Notes: a model not told the origin generated them from the letters alone. DNA of 64,000 nt from Minisyncoccota bacterium (GCA_030583745.1 CP129473.1:204551-268550), one strand, 5' to 3'. Positions 20,954 to 29,996 are shown, numbered from the stretch's first letter. Made by a program: numbers and translations.

Positions 20954-21353
20954 AATGGAAAGTTTTATTCTAAAAATTCAAAATAATATCTGGTATTCGA
21001 TTATAATGGTTTCCCTAGCATTTTTTAGTATCGGGTTGTTGTCTTACGAACTTTTTTATCCGGGAGTGACAGAACGCGGTCATTTTCTGGCCAGAACTAC
21101 TGACCTGATAATCGCCTACATATTTCTAGCTGATTTTTTCGCCGGACTTATTTTTACAAAAGGCCTAAAAGGTCGGGGAGTTTATTTAAAAAACAACTGG
21201 CTCAATTTAGCTTCTTCTATCCCAATCACAAATGATTTCGCCAGGACTTTCCGCCTATTGCGGGTTTTTAGAGCACTTCGCATCATCAGAGCTTTTATGA
21301 ATTTAGAATTTGCCGAACAAAGACAAAAAACGGTCAACAAAAATCACAAGTAA
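20940..21353 (+). CDS. standalone voltage-sensor-domain (S1-S4) membrane protein
   Basis: Four predicted TM segments. The last, RLLRVFRALRIIRAF, carries Arg at every third position (S4-like). Overlaps the ATPase stop; alternative start ATG at 20955. Confidence 0.5.
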   Translation: MFRYKMESFILKIQNNIWYSIIMVSLAFFSIGLLSYELFYPGVTERGHFLARTTDLIIAYIFLADFFAGLIFTKGLKGRGVYLKNNWLNLASSIPITNDFARTFRLLRVFRALRIIRAFMNLEFAEQRQKTVNKNHK

Positions 21354-21465
21354 GATCAATAAAAAAATCTTGTCTGAAGATACATCCCATGCTATAAATG
21401 TCCCCAGAAAAGGCGGATTGTCCGCTTTTGTTTTGCACACCTGTTCCTTGAAAAGGAAATAAGCG

Positions 21466-22536
21466 ATGACAACAATGACGCGTAAGTTTGACATTTCGAA
21501 CCCTTTTGGTGCCGTCTGGGGAGCTTCGGGAGTTCAGGGATTCTTCGGGGAGGGATATCCTTTTCACTCCATACTCAAAAGATTCTGTCCGGGCTTTTTG
21601 CTTCGGATATCCTTTGTGGCGAAAACTGCCACTCTCGACTCAAGACCGGGAAATATGCCTCTTAGCGGCATCACTCCGACAGAACGTTTACCGAAATGTG
21701 TTTGGGCAAGCCACCGGAAGGGGATTGCCTTAAACGCCGTCGGACTCTCGAACCCGGGGCTGGAAGCTCTTCTACTCGGAAAGTTCAAAGGTGTTCCGCA
21801 GACATGGCAAGAAAGAGACAAGCCCTTCCAGATTTCGATCATGTCCACAGCTCAAACCTCCGAAGCTCGACTTCGGGAGACAAAAGACATGTTGGGCTTG
21901 ATCGGCAGATGCGCTACGGACTTCCAATCCGAATTCGGAATTCAAATCAACATCTCGTGTCCGAACGTCAGCATGAGCCACCGCTCAAATGAGGACACGG
22001 TGAATGAGACTCTGGCAACTCTTGACCTCGCTAAAGATAGCGCGCCTGGAATCAGGATCATCGTGAAGCTCTCACCGACTTTCCCGCCGGAGTCCGTTCA
22101 TCAAATTTCCCGACACCCAGCTTGCTGGGGTATCGTCATGGGCAATACAGTCCCGTGGCGAAGTCCAATCCCGTGGCTCCTTGAAGAATCTGGGTTACAA
22201 ATCAACTGGGATGATCTCTTTGGCAAGGATGAAAAGTCACCACTTCAAAAGCGTGGCTTAACGCAAGCTGGTGGGCTGTCAGGCAGACCGCTTCTGCCAA
22301 TCATCTGCGAATGGATTCAGCGAGCGCGCGGGTCTGGAGTTCAATGTCACCTGAACGGCGGAGGAGGAATCCTCCACCCGAAAGATGTGTGCCGGGTCTT
22401 TGACGCTGGCGCTGATTCTATCTCTCTCGGTTCAATCGCCTTCCTCCGCCCGTGGCGTTTGGCAGAGTGTATCACCGAGTCGCATCTTAAGATGTTGAGG
22501 CGTTTTTTCGAACATGGACATGGAGCAACTGACTGA
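21466..22536 (+). CDS. dihydroorotate dehydrogenase-like (PyrD family) TIM-barrel flavoenzyme
   Basis: ALNAVGLSNPGLEAL, QINISCPNV, GGLSGRPL and GGGGI...AGAD motifs of the DHODH/DHPDH family; GC-rich. Confidence 0.7.
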   Translation: MTTMTRKFDISNPFGAVWGASGVQGFFGEGYPFHSILKRFCPGFLLRISFVAKTATLDSRPGNMPLSGITPTERLPKCVWASHRKGIALNAVGLSNPGLEALLLGKFKGVPQTWQERDKPFQISIMSTAQTSEARLRETKDMLGLIGRCATDFQSEFGIQINISCPNVSMSHRSNEDTVNETLATLDLAKDSAPGIRIIVKLSPTFPPESVHQISRHPACWGIVMGNTVPWRSPIPWLLEESGLQINWDDLFGKDEKSPLQKRGLTQAGGLSGRPLLPIICEWIQRARGSGVQCHLNGGGGILHPKDVCRVFDAGADSISLGSIAFLRPWRLAECITESHLKMLRRFFEHGHGATD

Positions 22537-22546
22537 CGAGACGTTG

Positions 22547-22576
22547 CCCCCGCTCTGATATCTATCAGAGCGGGGG
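22547..22576. terminator. 14-bp perfect GC hairpin between the pyrD-like and pyrC-like genes (no U-tract on + strand)
   Basis: cccccgctctgata tc tatcagagcggggg. Confidence 0.5.
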
Positions 22577-22612
22577 CGGAAAAAAACGACACACCAAAAA
22601 GAAGGGGTTAGA

Positions 22613-23665
22613 ATGGTAACCAAAAAAATTGATGTTCCTCCACTCGTTGACATGCATGTCCACCTGCGGGAAGGAGCGGGTCTGATCAAAGACCTTCTCC
22701 AACTCCACGTCGCTGGAGGTGCAGATGTCCTTGGCATGATGCCAAATACCACGGAAGGTCTGACAACTGCAAAAGCGGTGCACGACTACCACAAACAAGT
22801 AGTCAATCTCATGATCGGACCGGAAAGGCAGATTACTCCAGTTCCGTTTCTGATGATTACGCCCGAGACGACCACCGACGACATAAGGAGGGCAGCTTCA
22901 GAAGAGATCAGGAATGCGAAGCTCTACCCCTTGGGACGGACAACAAATTCCAACAGGGGTATCCGAGACTACGCCAAACTCCTGCCAATAATCAGAATGT
23001 GTGGGGAACTTGATGTGTTCTGTCACTTCCATCCAGAGCATCCTGACATGCTCTTTGACAACAGAGACGCCGAGTACGTCTTCCTTCCTCTCGTTGACAT
23101 CTTCCTACGCGAAACCAACGCCAAGATCGTCTGGGAACACGGCACTGACGCGCGTTGCATCCCGTTCTGGATAGATATGGCAGGCACCCACAGATTCTTC
23201 GTCACCCTAACTGCTCATCACCTCGCGACAGACGAAGATGATGTCTTCGGCGACGTGCGTGCTATCTGCAAACCACCGATCAAAACCAGACGAGACTGTG
23301 CCGATCTCCGAGCGCTGGTTGCCAAAAATTACTCTTGGGTGATGGCCGGCACTGACAGTGCTCCACATCCAAGAAAATCCAAACATGTCTCGGATGGCAG
23401 ATGCGCTTGTGGCGCTTTCACTGCACCTTTTGCCTTACCTCTCTACGCTCACGCTCTAAATGACTTGCTCCAAACTCCGGAAGGGGTAGAGGCCTTCGTC
23501 AATTTCACGAGCCGCAACGCTCGAAGTGTTCACAGATTGCCAACAACAACCAGAACGCGAGCTCTCGTCTGTGAACCTTTCAAGGTTCCGGATCAATACG
23601 AGGTTGGAGACTGGTCAATCGAACCGTTCTGGGCTGGTCAGAAAATCAGATGGACACTCATCTAA
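22613..23665 (+). CDS. dihydroorotase-like (class II PyrC type) amidohydrolase
   Basis: VDMHVHLREG, KLYP and GTDSAPH motifs shared with E. coli-type PyrC; GC-rich; terminator 23700-23745. Confidence 0.7.
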   Translation: MVTKKIDVPPLVDMHVHLREGAGLIKDLLQLHVAGGADVLGMMPNTTEGLTTAKAVHDYHKQVVNLMIGPERQITPVPFLMITPETTTDDIRRAASEEIRNAKLYPLGRTTNSNRGIRDYAKLLPIIRMCGELDVFCHFHPEHPDMLFDNRDAEYVFLPLVDIFLRETNAKIVWEHGTDARCIPFWIDMAGTHRFFVTLTAHHLATDEDDVFGDVRAICKPPIKTRRDCADLRALVAKNYSWVMAGTDSAPHPRKSKHVSDGRCACGAFTAPFALPLYAHALNDLLQTPEGVEAFVNFTSRNARSVHRLPTTTRTRALVCEPFKVPDQYEVGDWSIEPFWAGQKIRWTLI

Positions 23666-23954
23666 CGACGACTCGTTGATTAATTCATCGCTTGATCCTT
23701 ACCCAGCTCCGCTGATCCCAGCGGAGCTGTTTTCTTTTTTCAAAAAATAAGTAAAATATTGATTATTAAATAGGGGGCCCTTAGCCCCTCACATGCAAAA
23801 GAATATGTACTATGTCTAAGCATTGAAAAGTGAGAAAGATAATAGTATATACATAGGGTACACAAATAATCTGAAAAGGCGCTTGGTAGAGCATAACGAT
23901 AAGAAAAATCTATCAAACAAACACAAAGCACCTTTTCAGCTTATTTATTACGAA

Positions 23955-25571
23955 TCATATAAATCTCAAAAGGATTCGTAATAGTTTAAGCATGTGAGGG
24001 GCCATTAGCTCATTTGGTAGAGCGCGCCCATGGCATGGGCGAGGCGACCGGTTCGAATCCGGTATGGTCCACCCGATTGAATTTCCCCGCAAAAATGCGT
24101 CCGCGCTCCGCGCGGTGATGGGAAGTTCGGCAAGAAAAGAAAAGGGCGTTTTGAAATCCACGGAGAGCGCGCTTGCGCGCAAATGGCGGTTCGAGCCGAT
24201 GGTTTTCAAAAAAGTTTTCATTTCCTCAAACTTTTTTGAAGAAGCGAGATTTTGTGCTTGGTTGGCTTGTAAAATCCAGTTTCGCACGAGTTCGAGCCAA
24301 TGATTTCCTTTTCGCTCAAAATCAGATAATTTTTCCTCTAGCGTTTTCTTTTCCGACATCAAAGCGTTCTTTTTCTGTTGAAACTCCGACAACTCAAAAC
24401 CGCCATCCAAGTATCCATCCATGAGGCGGTCAATCTTTGCTTTGATGTCAGAAATAGAAGAACGCAGATTTTGAGCGAAAACTCCCGATGATTGGCGGTT
24501 CTCTTGTTCCCATAGGGCGAGCTTGCCGAGATATTTGTCTCGCCATTCATCGGGCAAAGAAACCTTTTGACAAAGTTCCTGCACTTGTCGTTCAAATTCT
24601 TCTTCCCGCAAAAATTTATTTTCAGAACATTTAGCAATTTTGCTCTTGTGGGTACAGCGATAGTAAATAAACTGCAAACCACTTTTTTTGATATGTCTTT
24701 CGGCAGTTATCGCATAGCCACATTCCCCACAAGTAGCAAAATTTAGAAACTGAAAATTCTTTTTCTTTTGATTTTTGCGGGGTTTTCCATTTGCGACAAG
24801 TGCCTCCTGTATCTTGTCAAAAAGTTTCTTTGAAATCATTGGCTTGTGCGAACCTTGATGCACTTCGCCTCGGTAAGAAAAATATCCATAGTAAAAAGGA
24901 TTTTTCAAAATATGTTCTACCGAGGCGAGTGCGAAAGGTTTGCCAGATCGTGCGCCAACCAAGCCAAGAGAAAACATTTTGCGTTGAATAGCCGTGAGTG
25001 TATATTCGCCAGTGCTAAAAAGCTCCAATACTTCTTTTATTTTACGAAACGTCTTTTTGTCTGGTTCAATCGTTCGAAGTCGCGGTTCGTTAAAATAACC
25101 GATTGGAGCTTTTGCCGATAATTCACCACGGCGTATCTTTTGCCGTATCCCACGCAAAATGTTTTCTCTTAAATTGTCGGTGTAATATTTTGCTTGTCCG
25201 AAAGCGACACTCAACATAAATTTTCCTTGGGGTGTCGCTTCGAACCAAAATGTCGGGAATTTTAGCGCAACAATTTTTAGCGTGTCCACAAAATATATGA
25301 CCTTGCCACCATCAATGCTATTTCTCGCCAAACGGTCTGGATTCCACGCTAAAATTCCCGAGGCAGAACCTTTTTCAATTTCGCCAAGCATTTCGTTAAA
25401 TACTTCACGACCAGGCTCTTTGGCCGTTTTACTTTCATAATACTCACGAACAACAAATAACCCATTTTGCTTGGCGTATTCCCGAAGCTCATGAAGTTGC
25501 GCCTCAATACTCAAAACTTGGCGTTCTTCGTCCTCACTTGATTTTCTACAATATATAAAATATTTGATCAT
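23955..25571 (-). CDS. large serine recombinase (resolvase/integrase family with recombinase domain and zinc ribbon)
   Basis: N-terminal YCRKSSEDEERQ...SIEAQ catalytic-Ser motif, recombinase domain, CGECG...C zinc ribbon and a coiled-coil tail. The ORF has no stop until it has read through IR1-L and the antisense of tRNA-Ala, so the true C-terminus is uncertain. Confidence 0.8.
   Translation of the reverse strand: MIKYFIYCRKSSEDEERQVLSIEAQLHELREYAKQNGLFVVREYYESKTAKEPGREVFNEMLGEIEKGSASGILAWNPDRLARNSIDGGKVIYFVDTLKIVALKFPTFWFEATPQGKFMLSVAFGQAKYYTDNLRENILRGIRQKIRRGELSAKAPIGYFNEPRLRTIEPDKKTFRKIKEVLELFSTGEYTLTAIQRKMFSLGLVGARSGKPFALASVEHILKNPFYYGYFSYRGEVHQGSHKPMISKKLFDKIQEALVANGKPRKNQKKKNFQFLNFATCGECGYAITAERHIKKSGLQFIYYRCTHKSKIAKCSENKFLREEEFERQVQELCQKVSLPDEWRDKYLGKLALWEQENRQSSGVFAQNLRSSISDIKAKIDRLMDGYLDGGFELSEFQQKKNALMSEKKTLEEKLSDFERKGNHWLELVRNWILQANQAQNLASSKKFEEMKTFLKTIGSNRHLRASALSVDFKTPFSFLAELPITARSADAFLRGNSIGWTIPDSNRSPRPCHGRALPNELMAPHMLKLLRILLRFI
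23999..24071 (+). tRNA. tRNA-Ala (anticodon GGC), CCA not encoded
   Basis: GGGCCAT acceptor with G3:U70, anticodon stem CGCCC/GGGCG with loop ATGGCAT, T-loop TTCGAAT. Confidence 0.8.
24069..24192. repeat. IR1-L: 124-bp arm, perfect inverted copy of 25690-25813
   Basis: Base-by-base reverse-complement identity read from the sequence; begins within the last 3 nt of the tRNA. Confidence 0.9.
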
Positions 25572-25689
25572 GAGCTTCGGGGATTAAATTGATAAAAGGT
25601 TTTGCATTACACCGACAATTTCTAAATCTCGCTTCTCATCGGCTCCTCGGGTATTCCCGAGAATGAGGCAAAATTTATTTTGGCTCATG

Positions 25690-25813
25690 GAACCGCCATT
25701 TGCGCGCAAGCGCGCTCTCCGTGGATTTCAAAACGCCCTTTTCTTTTCTTGCCGAACTTCCCATCACCGCGCGGAGCGCGGACGCATTTTTGCGGGGAAA
25801 TTCAATCGGGTGG
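25690..25813. repeat. IR1-R: 124-bp arm, inverted copy of 24069-24192
   Basis: Direct comparison; ends in tcgggtgg, overlapping the start of IR2-L by the 5-nt GGTGG. Confidence 0.9.
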
Positions 25814-26071
25814 TGTCTTTTAAACAAAGTCCGAACTTTTTACGAACAAAATCCTGATGCCGACTAATCGCACGCTCCGCGCGCGTGGTGGCTCGAAACT
25901 ACCTCGTACGCTCTAAACAATGGACTCGGTTTTGCGGAAGCAATTTTCTGGGGATATGGTTTCCGCAAAACCTCGACTACTTTCGGATTTCGCAAGCGGA
26001 GGAGGAGGGGTCTGGGGAGGAATCCTCCGCTTGCTCCATCCGTTTTCTTTTGGCGAAATTCGGGGCGGACA
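25809..26071. repeat. IR2-L: 263-bp arm, perfect inverted copy of 31037-31299
   Basis: Direct comparison; GC-rich and hairpin-rich (ttgcggaa..ttccgcaa, gcaagcggagga..tcctccgcttgc). Confidence 0.9.
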
Positions 26072-26129
26072 TCACCCTATTACATTATACTATAATATTG
26101 GTGTATAATGTAAATGAAAGTGCTATGAT

Positions 26130-26342
26130 GTGGATATGAAAAGCGAGTCCGCGAAGTTAGGCAAAAACCTAAAGCGTATCCGAACGGAGAAAGGGATAAC
26201 ACAGGGCGATATTGTGCGAACACTCGGCGTTAGCCGAAGTTTTGTGAGCAATATTGAGAATGGAAAAACAAATCCTACACTTTCAACCATTACCAGTATT
26301 GCCAAAGCGCTTGGTGTTTCGAGCGATGAATTGTTAAAATAG
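26130..26342 (+). CDS. XRE-family HTH regulator (R-M controller C-protein candidate)
   Basis: 70 aa with LKRIRTEKGITQGDIVRTLGVSRSFVSNIENGK HTH; sits directly upstream of the MTase. Confidence 0.7.
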   Translation: MDMKSESAKLGKNLKRIRTEKGITQGDIVRTLGVSRSFVSNIENGKTNPTLSTITSIAKALGVSSDELLK

Positions 26343-26346
26343 ACTT

Positions 26347-27303
26347 ATGACAAAAAATCAAGCAATTTTAGAACTTAAAAAGACTTTTGATATAAATGAG
26401 ATTTATGCCCATAGAGTTTTTTTACTTGCAGACAAAACAAAATTTATTGAGGATGCCTCTCGTATTATTGCAGAAAAACCAAAACCATTTGTGAAATGGG
26501 TCGGTGGTAAAAGACAACTTTTAGCACAATTTCGCTTGATGAATCTTTATCCGCCAGAAAGATTTGATACAAAAAACGGGAGATATTTTGAACCATTCGT
26601 AGGTGGCGGGGCAGTATTTTTTGATCTACTTCCTGTAACAGCTTTTCTTTCCGATTTAAACAATGAACTTGTTGTAACCTACAATGTGATTAAAAATGAT
26701 GTTGAAAATTTAATAAAATCACTTAAAAAACATAAATTAGACAAGGAATATTTTCTAAAAATAAGGGCACAAAATCCAGAAAAACTTTCCGATTTAAATA
26801 TAGCTTCTCGTTTTATTTATCTAAATAGAACTTGTTTCAATGGAATGTACCGCGTGAATAGTAAGGGTGGATTTAATGTTCCCTTTGGAAAATACACAAA
26901 CCCTCTTGTTTGCGATGAAAATAATCTTAGAAAAGTATCAAAAGCATTGAAAAATGTTGAGATAAAAAAACAGGATTATAAAGAAGTGCTTAAAAAAGCA
27001 AAAAAGGGAGATTTTGTTTATTTTGATCCACCATATTATCCAATAAGCAAAACTGCTTCATTTACTTCTTACACCAGTGAATCATTTTTAGATAAAGAAC
27101 AAATTGAATTGAGAGATACATTTGTAGAATTACACAAACGAGGTTGCTTTGTTATGCTTTCAAATTCTGATACTCCATTCATAAACAAAATTTATTCTGA
27201 ACCAAAAGGTCTCCGTATTACAAAGGTACAAGCAGGTCGTGCCATTAACTCTGACGCTTCAAAGAGAGGAAAAATCACGGAGGTACTGGTAACTAATTAC
27301 TAA
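26347..27303 (+). CDS. Dam-family N6-adenine DNA methyltransferase (DpnM/M.MboIA-like)
   Basis: KWVGGKRQLL SAM/target motif near the N-terminus and a FDPPYYP catalytic motif. Confidence 0.85.
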   Translation: MTKNQAILELKKTFDINEIYAHRVFLLADKTKFIEDASRIIAEKPKPFVKWVGGKRQLLAQFRLMNLYPPERFDTKNGRYFEPFVGGGAVFFDLLPVTAFLSDLNNELVVTYNVIKNDVENLIKSLKKHKLDKEYFLKIRAQNPEKLSDLNIASRFIYLNRTCFNGMYRVNSKGGFNVPFGKYTNPLVCDENNLRKVSKALKNVEIKKQDYKEVLKKAKKGDFVYFDPPYYPISKTASFTSYTSESFLDKEQIELRDTFVELHKRGCFVMLSNSDTPFINKIYSEPKGLRITKVQAGRAINSDASKRGKITEVLVTNY

Positions 27304-27309
27304 TACAAT

Positions 27310-28167
27310 ATGCAAAAAGATTTTAATAATTTAATAACAACTTTCAAAAACTCAATTAAAACATGGGATTACTTTGTGAACTGGAAAAAGGTTTTTGGTA
27401 ATTCTTCTAATCTCGAAATTACTTTAAACAAACTAAACTATCTCTTGGGTAAGGAGAATTTAAAAGATGAATTTAAAAAACTCTATAGCTCAAATCCAGA
27501 TATTGTAAAAGCATTACCTGTACTTTTGGCAGTTAGAGAAAATAAGCTAGAAGTTTTTGATAAAGTTACCAAAAATTCTGAATTCTTTGATTTTTCTGGT
27601 ACAGAAAAGGATTCAGAAAAGTACTATGAATTTTTAGAAAAATCTGGACTTGCCCGTCTATTTCAAAAAGATGGGGTAAAAAATTTGGTTGATTATGTTA
27701 TGGGCATTGAAGTTGGTCTTGATAGTAATGGTCGTAAGAATCGTGGAGGATCTTTGATGGAAGAAATTGTAGAATCATTTATTAGTGAGCTTTGTAATAA
27801 AAATGGCTTTGAATACTTATCGCAAGCACGAGCAACTACAATAAAAAGTAAGTGGGGCGTAGATGTAAAAGTTGATAAATCAGAACGCAGTTTTGATTTT
27901 GCTGTGTTCAATCCTAAAAACAAAAAAGTTAAATTGTTTGAAGTAAATTTCTATAATGGTGGTGGCTCGAAACTCAAAGCGGTATGCGGAGAATTTAAAA
28001 GCTTATATACAGAACTCAAAGATCAAAATATAGATTTTATATGGATAACCGATGGGCTTGGTTGGTTTACAACAAAAAGACCTCTCGAAGAAACATATAA
28101 TCATAATGAATATGTTTTTAACTTAAACATGCTTGAAGCTGGCGTTTTGGATAAACTCGTATGGTAA
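27310..28167 (+). CDS. DpnII/MboI-family type II restriction endonuclease
   Basis: 285 aa; GIEVGLDSNGRKNRGG and the N-terminal TWDYFVNWKKVF resemble the DpnII (dpnB) family; M1-R-M2 order as in MboI. Confidence 0.7.
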   Translation: MQKDFNNLITTFKNSIKTWDYFVNWKKVFGNSSNLEITLNKLNYLLGKENLKDEFKKLYSSNPDIVKALPVLLAVRENKLEVFDKVTKNSEFFDFSGTEKDSEKYYEFLEKSGLARLFQKDGVKNLVDYVMGIEVGLDSNGRKNRGGSLMEEIVESFISELCNKNGFEYLSQARATTIKSKWGVDVKVDKSERSFDFAVFNPKNKKVKLFEVNFYNGGGSKLKAVCGEFKSLYTELKDQNIDFIWITDGLGWFTTKRPLEETYNHNEYVFNLNMLEAGVLDKLVW

Positions 28168-28171
28168 ATAT

Positions 28172-28915
28172 ATGTCAGATATTAAACTGCACCCTGAAGA
28201 ATTTGAATTAGAATGTACAACCGTATGGGCTTTTCCTCGCAGGGGAAACTGGGCTACGCATAAATCTGACTGGCGTGGAAATTGGTCGCCCGAAGTAGCT
28301 CGCAATCTTATTTTAAGATATTCAAAAGAGAAAGATCATTTACTAGACTGCATGATTGGTGGAGGCACTACGGCAATAGAAGCAAAAATTTTAAATCGTC
28401 ACATTACTTGCGTTGATGTTAATGAAGAAGCTTTAGAGCGAACAAAAAAATCGCTTGAATTTGAAGTTGATAATAAATCAAAACAGCGTGTAGTGAAATG
28501 CGATGCGAGAAATATGAGTTTCATTAAAGATAATGAGATAGATTTTGTCTTAACTCATCCTCCGTATGCAGATATTATAAAATATAGTGAAGGTAAAATT
28601 AAAGAAGATTTGTCAGAAATACACGATATAGACGCTTTTGTTGATGAAATAGAGAAAGTTGCAAAGGAATTATTTAGAGTATTAAAGAAAGGAAAATATT
28701 GTGCAATTTTGATGGGAGATACTCGAAGAAATAGAATGTATCAACCTCTTGCATTTAAAGTTATGCAAAAGTTTTTAGATGTAGGCTTTGTTTTAAAAGA
28801 GGACATAATAAAAAGACAGTTTAATTGTAAGGCGACAGGTTTTTGGGTCGCAAAATCAAAAGAATCAAATTTCCTATTGATAATGCATGAGCACCTTTTT
28901 GTGTTTCAGAAATAA
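28172..28915 (+). CDS. second DNA methyltransferase of the cassette (DpnA/M.MboIC-like, beta-class amino-MTase)
   Basis: LTHPPYADII catalytic motif and GGGTTAIEA SAM motif. Start chosen at ATG 28172; the ORF track starts at 28133. Confidence 0.75.
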   Translation: MSDIKLHPEEFELECTTVWAFPRRGNWATHKSDWRGNWSPEVARNLILRYSKEKDHLLDCMIGGGTTAIEAKILNRHITCVDVNEEALERTKKSLEFEVDNKSKQRVVKCDARNMSFIKDNEIDFVLTHPPYADIIKYSEGKIKEDLSEIHDIDAFVDEIEKVAKELFRVLKKGKYCAILMGDTRRNRMYQPLAFKVMQKFLDVGFVLKEDIIKRQFNCKATGFWVAKSKESNFLLIMHEHLFVFQK

Positions 28916-28962
28916 TTTAATAAATTATTGATATTCGGAGTTAAAAATGCTAGAATGCCACT

Positions 28963-29994
28963 ATGTCAAAAGTAGAACTTATAAAGAAAATCGAAGCAAA
29001 AAGAGGATCAAAAGTCATTACCTATGTGACAAGTGATAGGCAAGGACCTGTAAATGCCCGTGTTGCTATGGATATTATTCCAATAGTTAGCGAACAGCTT
29101 CGTAAAATTGGCACGAAAGTTCCTAAAATTGACCTTTTTCTTTACACAGCAGGCGGAGATACCATGGTTCCGTGGCGTTTAGTTTCTATGATACGAGAAT
29201 ATTGTGATACTTTCTCTGTTCTTGTTCCTTATAAGGCACACAGTGCTGGAACAATGATTGCTTTAGGCGCTGATGAAATAGTAATGAGCGATCTTTCAGA
29301 AATCTCACCGATTGACCCTTCAACCGCAAATGTTTTTAATCCATCAGACCCAACAAACCCGCAAAATAAAATTCCTATTTCTGTTGAGGATGTTATCGCA
29401 TACTTTGATTTGGCAAAAAATAAATTTGGTATTAAGAGCGATGAAGACCTGACAAAGATTTTTAATAAGTTTATGGAATCAAATCCTCAAATTCACCCGC
29501 TTGCTCTGGGTAATGTAAATCGCACACACAATCTTATACGATTGCTAGCCAAAAGATTACTCAAGAGCCATAAAGAGCCGATGAAAGAAGATCAGATTGA
29601 AAAAATCGTTGAGGCATTTACCGAAAAACTATACTCGCACATGTATTTTATAGGTAGAAAGGAAGCTAAAGAAGAGTTAAATGTGAAATCAATCGTCTAT
29701 GCTGATGCTGAACTTTCTGAACTTATGTCTAAACTTTATTCTGAATACGCGAACGAAATGGAATTGCAAAATACAGTTTGGAATCCAGAAAATGAAATCG
29801 GGATGAATGCAAGTCAAAACAAAAAAGAATACAAAGTAGCTTTTGTAGAAAGCGCAGTGCTTCCAAAGGCTTATGGGCTAACAATGGAGTTTAAACGTCA
29901 GCAAGTAATGGTTCCTCAGCAAACTCCGCAAGGAATTATTCAAGTTCCACAAGAACAAGTTGCGATGAGAGTTGTAGGGCAAGGTTGGAAGTAA
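28963..29994 (+). CDS. SDH/ClpP-fold serine peptidase-like protein (S49/SDH family candidate)
   Basis: LFLYTAGGDTMVPWRLV, AHSAGTMIALGADEIVM and SPIDP resemble the Ser-dehydrogenase-proteinase/SppA Clp-fold motifs. Confidence 0.45.
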   Translation: MSKVELIKKIEAKRGSKVITYVTSDRQGPVNARVAMDIIPIVSEQLRKIGTKVPKIDLFLYTAGGDTMVPWRLVSMIREYCDTFSVLVPYKAHSAGTMIALGADEIVMSDLSEISPIDPSTANVFNPSDPTNPQNKIPISVEDVIAYFDLAKNKFGIKSDEDLTKIFNKFMESNPQIHPLALGNVNRTHNLIRLLAKRLLKSHKEPMKEDQIEKIVEAFTEKLYSHMYFIGRKEAKEELNVKSIVYADAELSELMSKLYSEYANEMELQNTVWNPENEIGMNASQNKKEYKVAFVESAVLPKAYGLTMEFKRQQVMVPQQTPQGIIQVPQEQVAMRVVGQGWK

Positions 29995-29996
29995 AA

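Noticed and set aside
23878-23893. Additional tRNA or tRNA pseudogene upstream of tRNA-Ala(GGC)
   Set aside because: Only a D-arm-like gcttggtagagc is present, with no acceptor or anticodon arms. It is mentioned as a possible fragment but not annotated.
24064-24303. Small ORFs inside IR1 (24064-24303 on the plus strand; 25663-25857 on the plus strand)
   Set aside because: They are mirror images generated by the 124-bp inverted repeat and overlap the recombinase reading frame and the tRNA. No SD or conservation argument supports them.
25885-26139. 84-aa ORF (MVARNYLVRSKQWTRF...) and its near-identical twin at 30969-31223 on the minus strand
   Set aside because: Both lie inside the two arms of the 263-bp inverted repeat IR2, so the duplication of the protein is just the repeat. 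The sequence is low-complexity, GC-rich and hairpin-dense, and is more likely non-coding.
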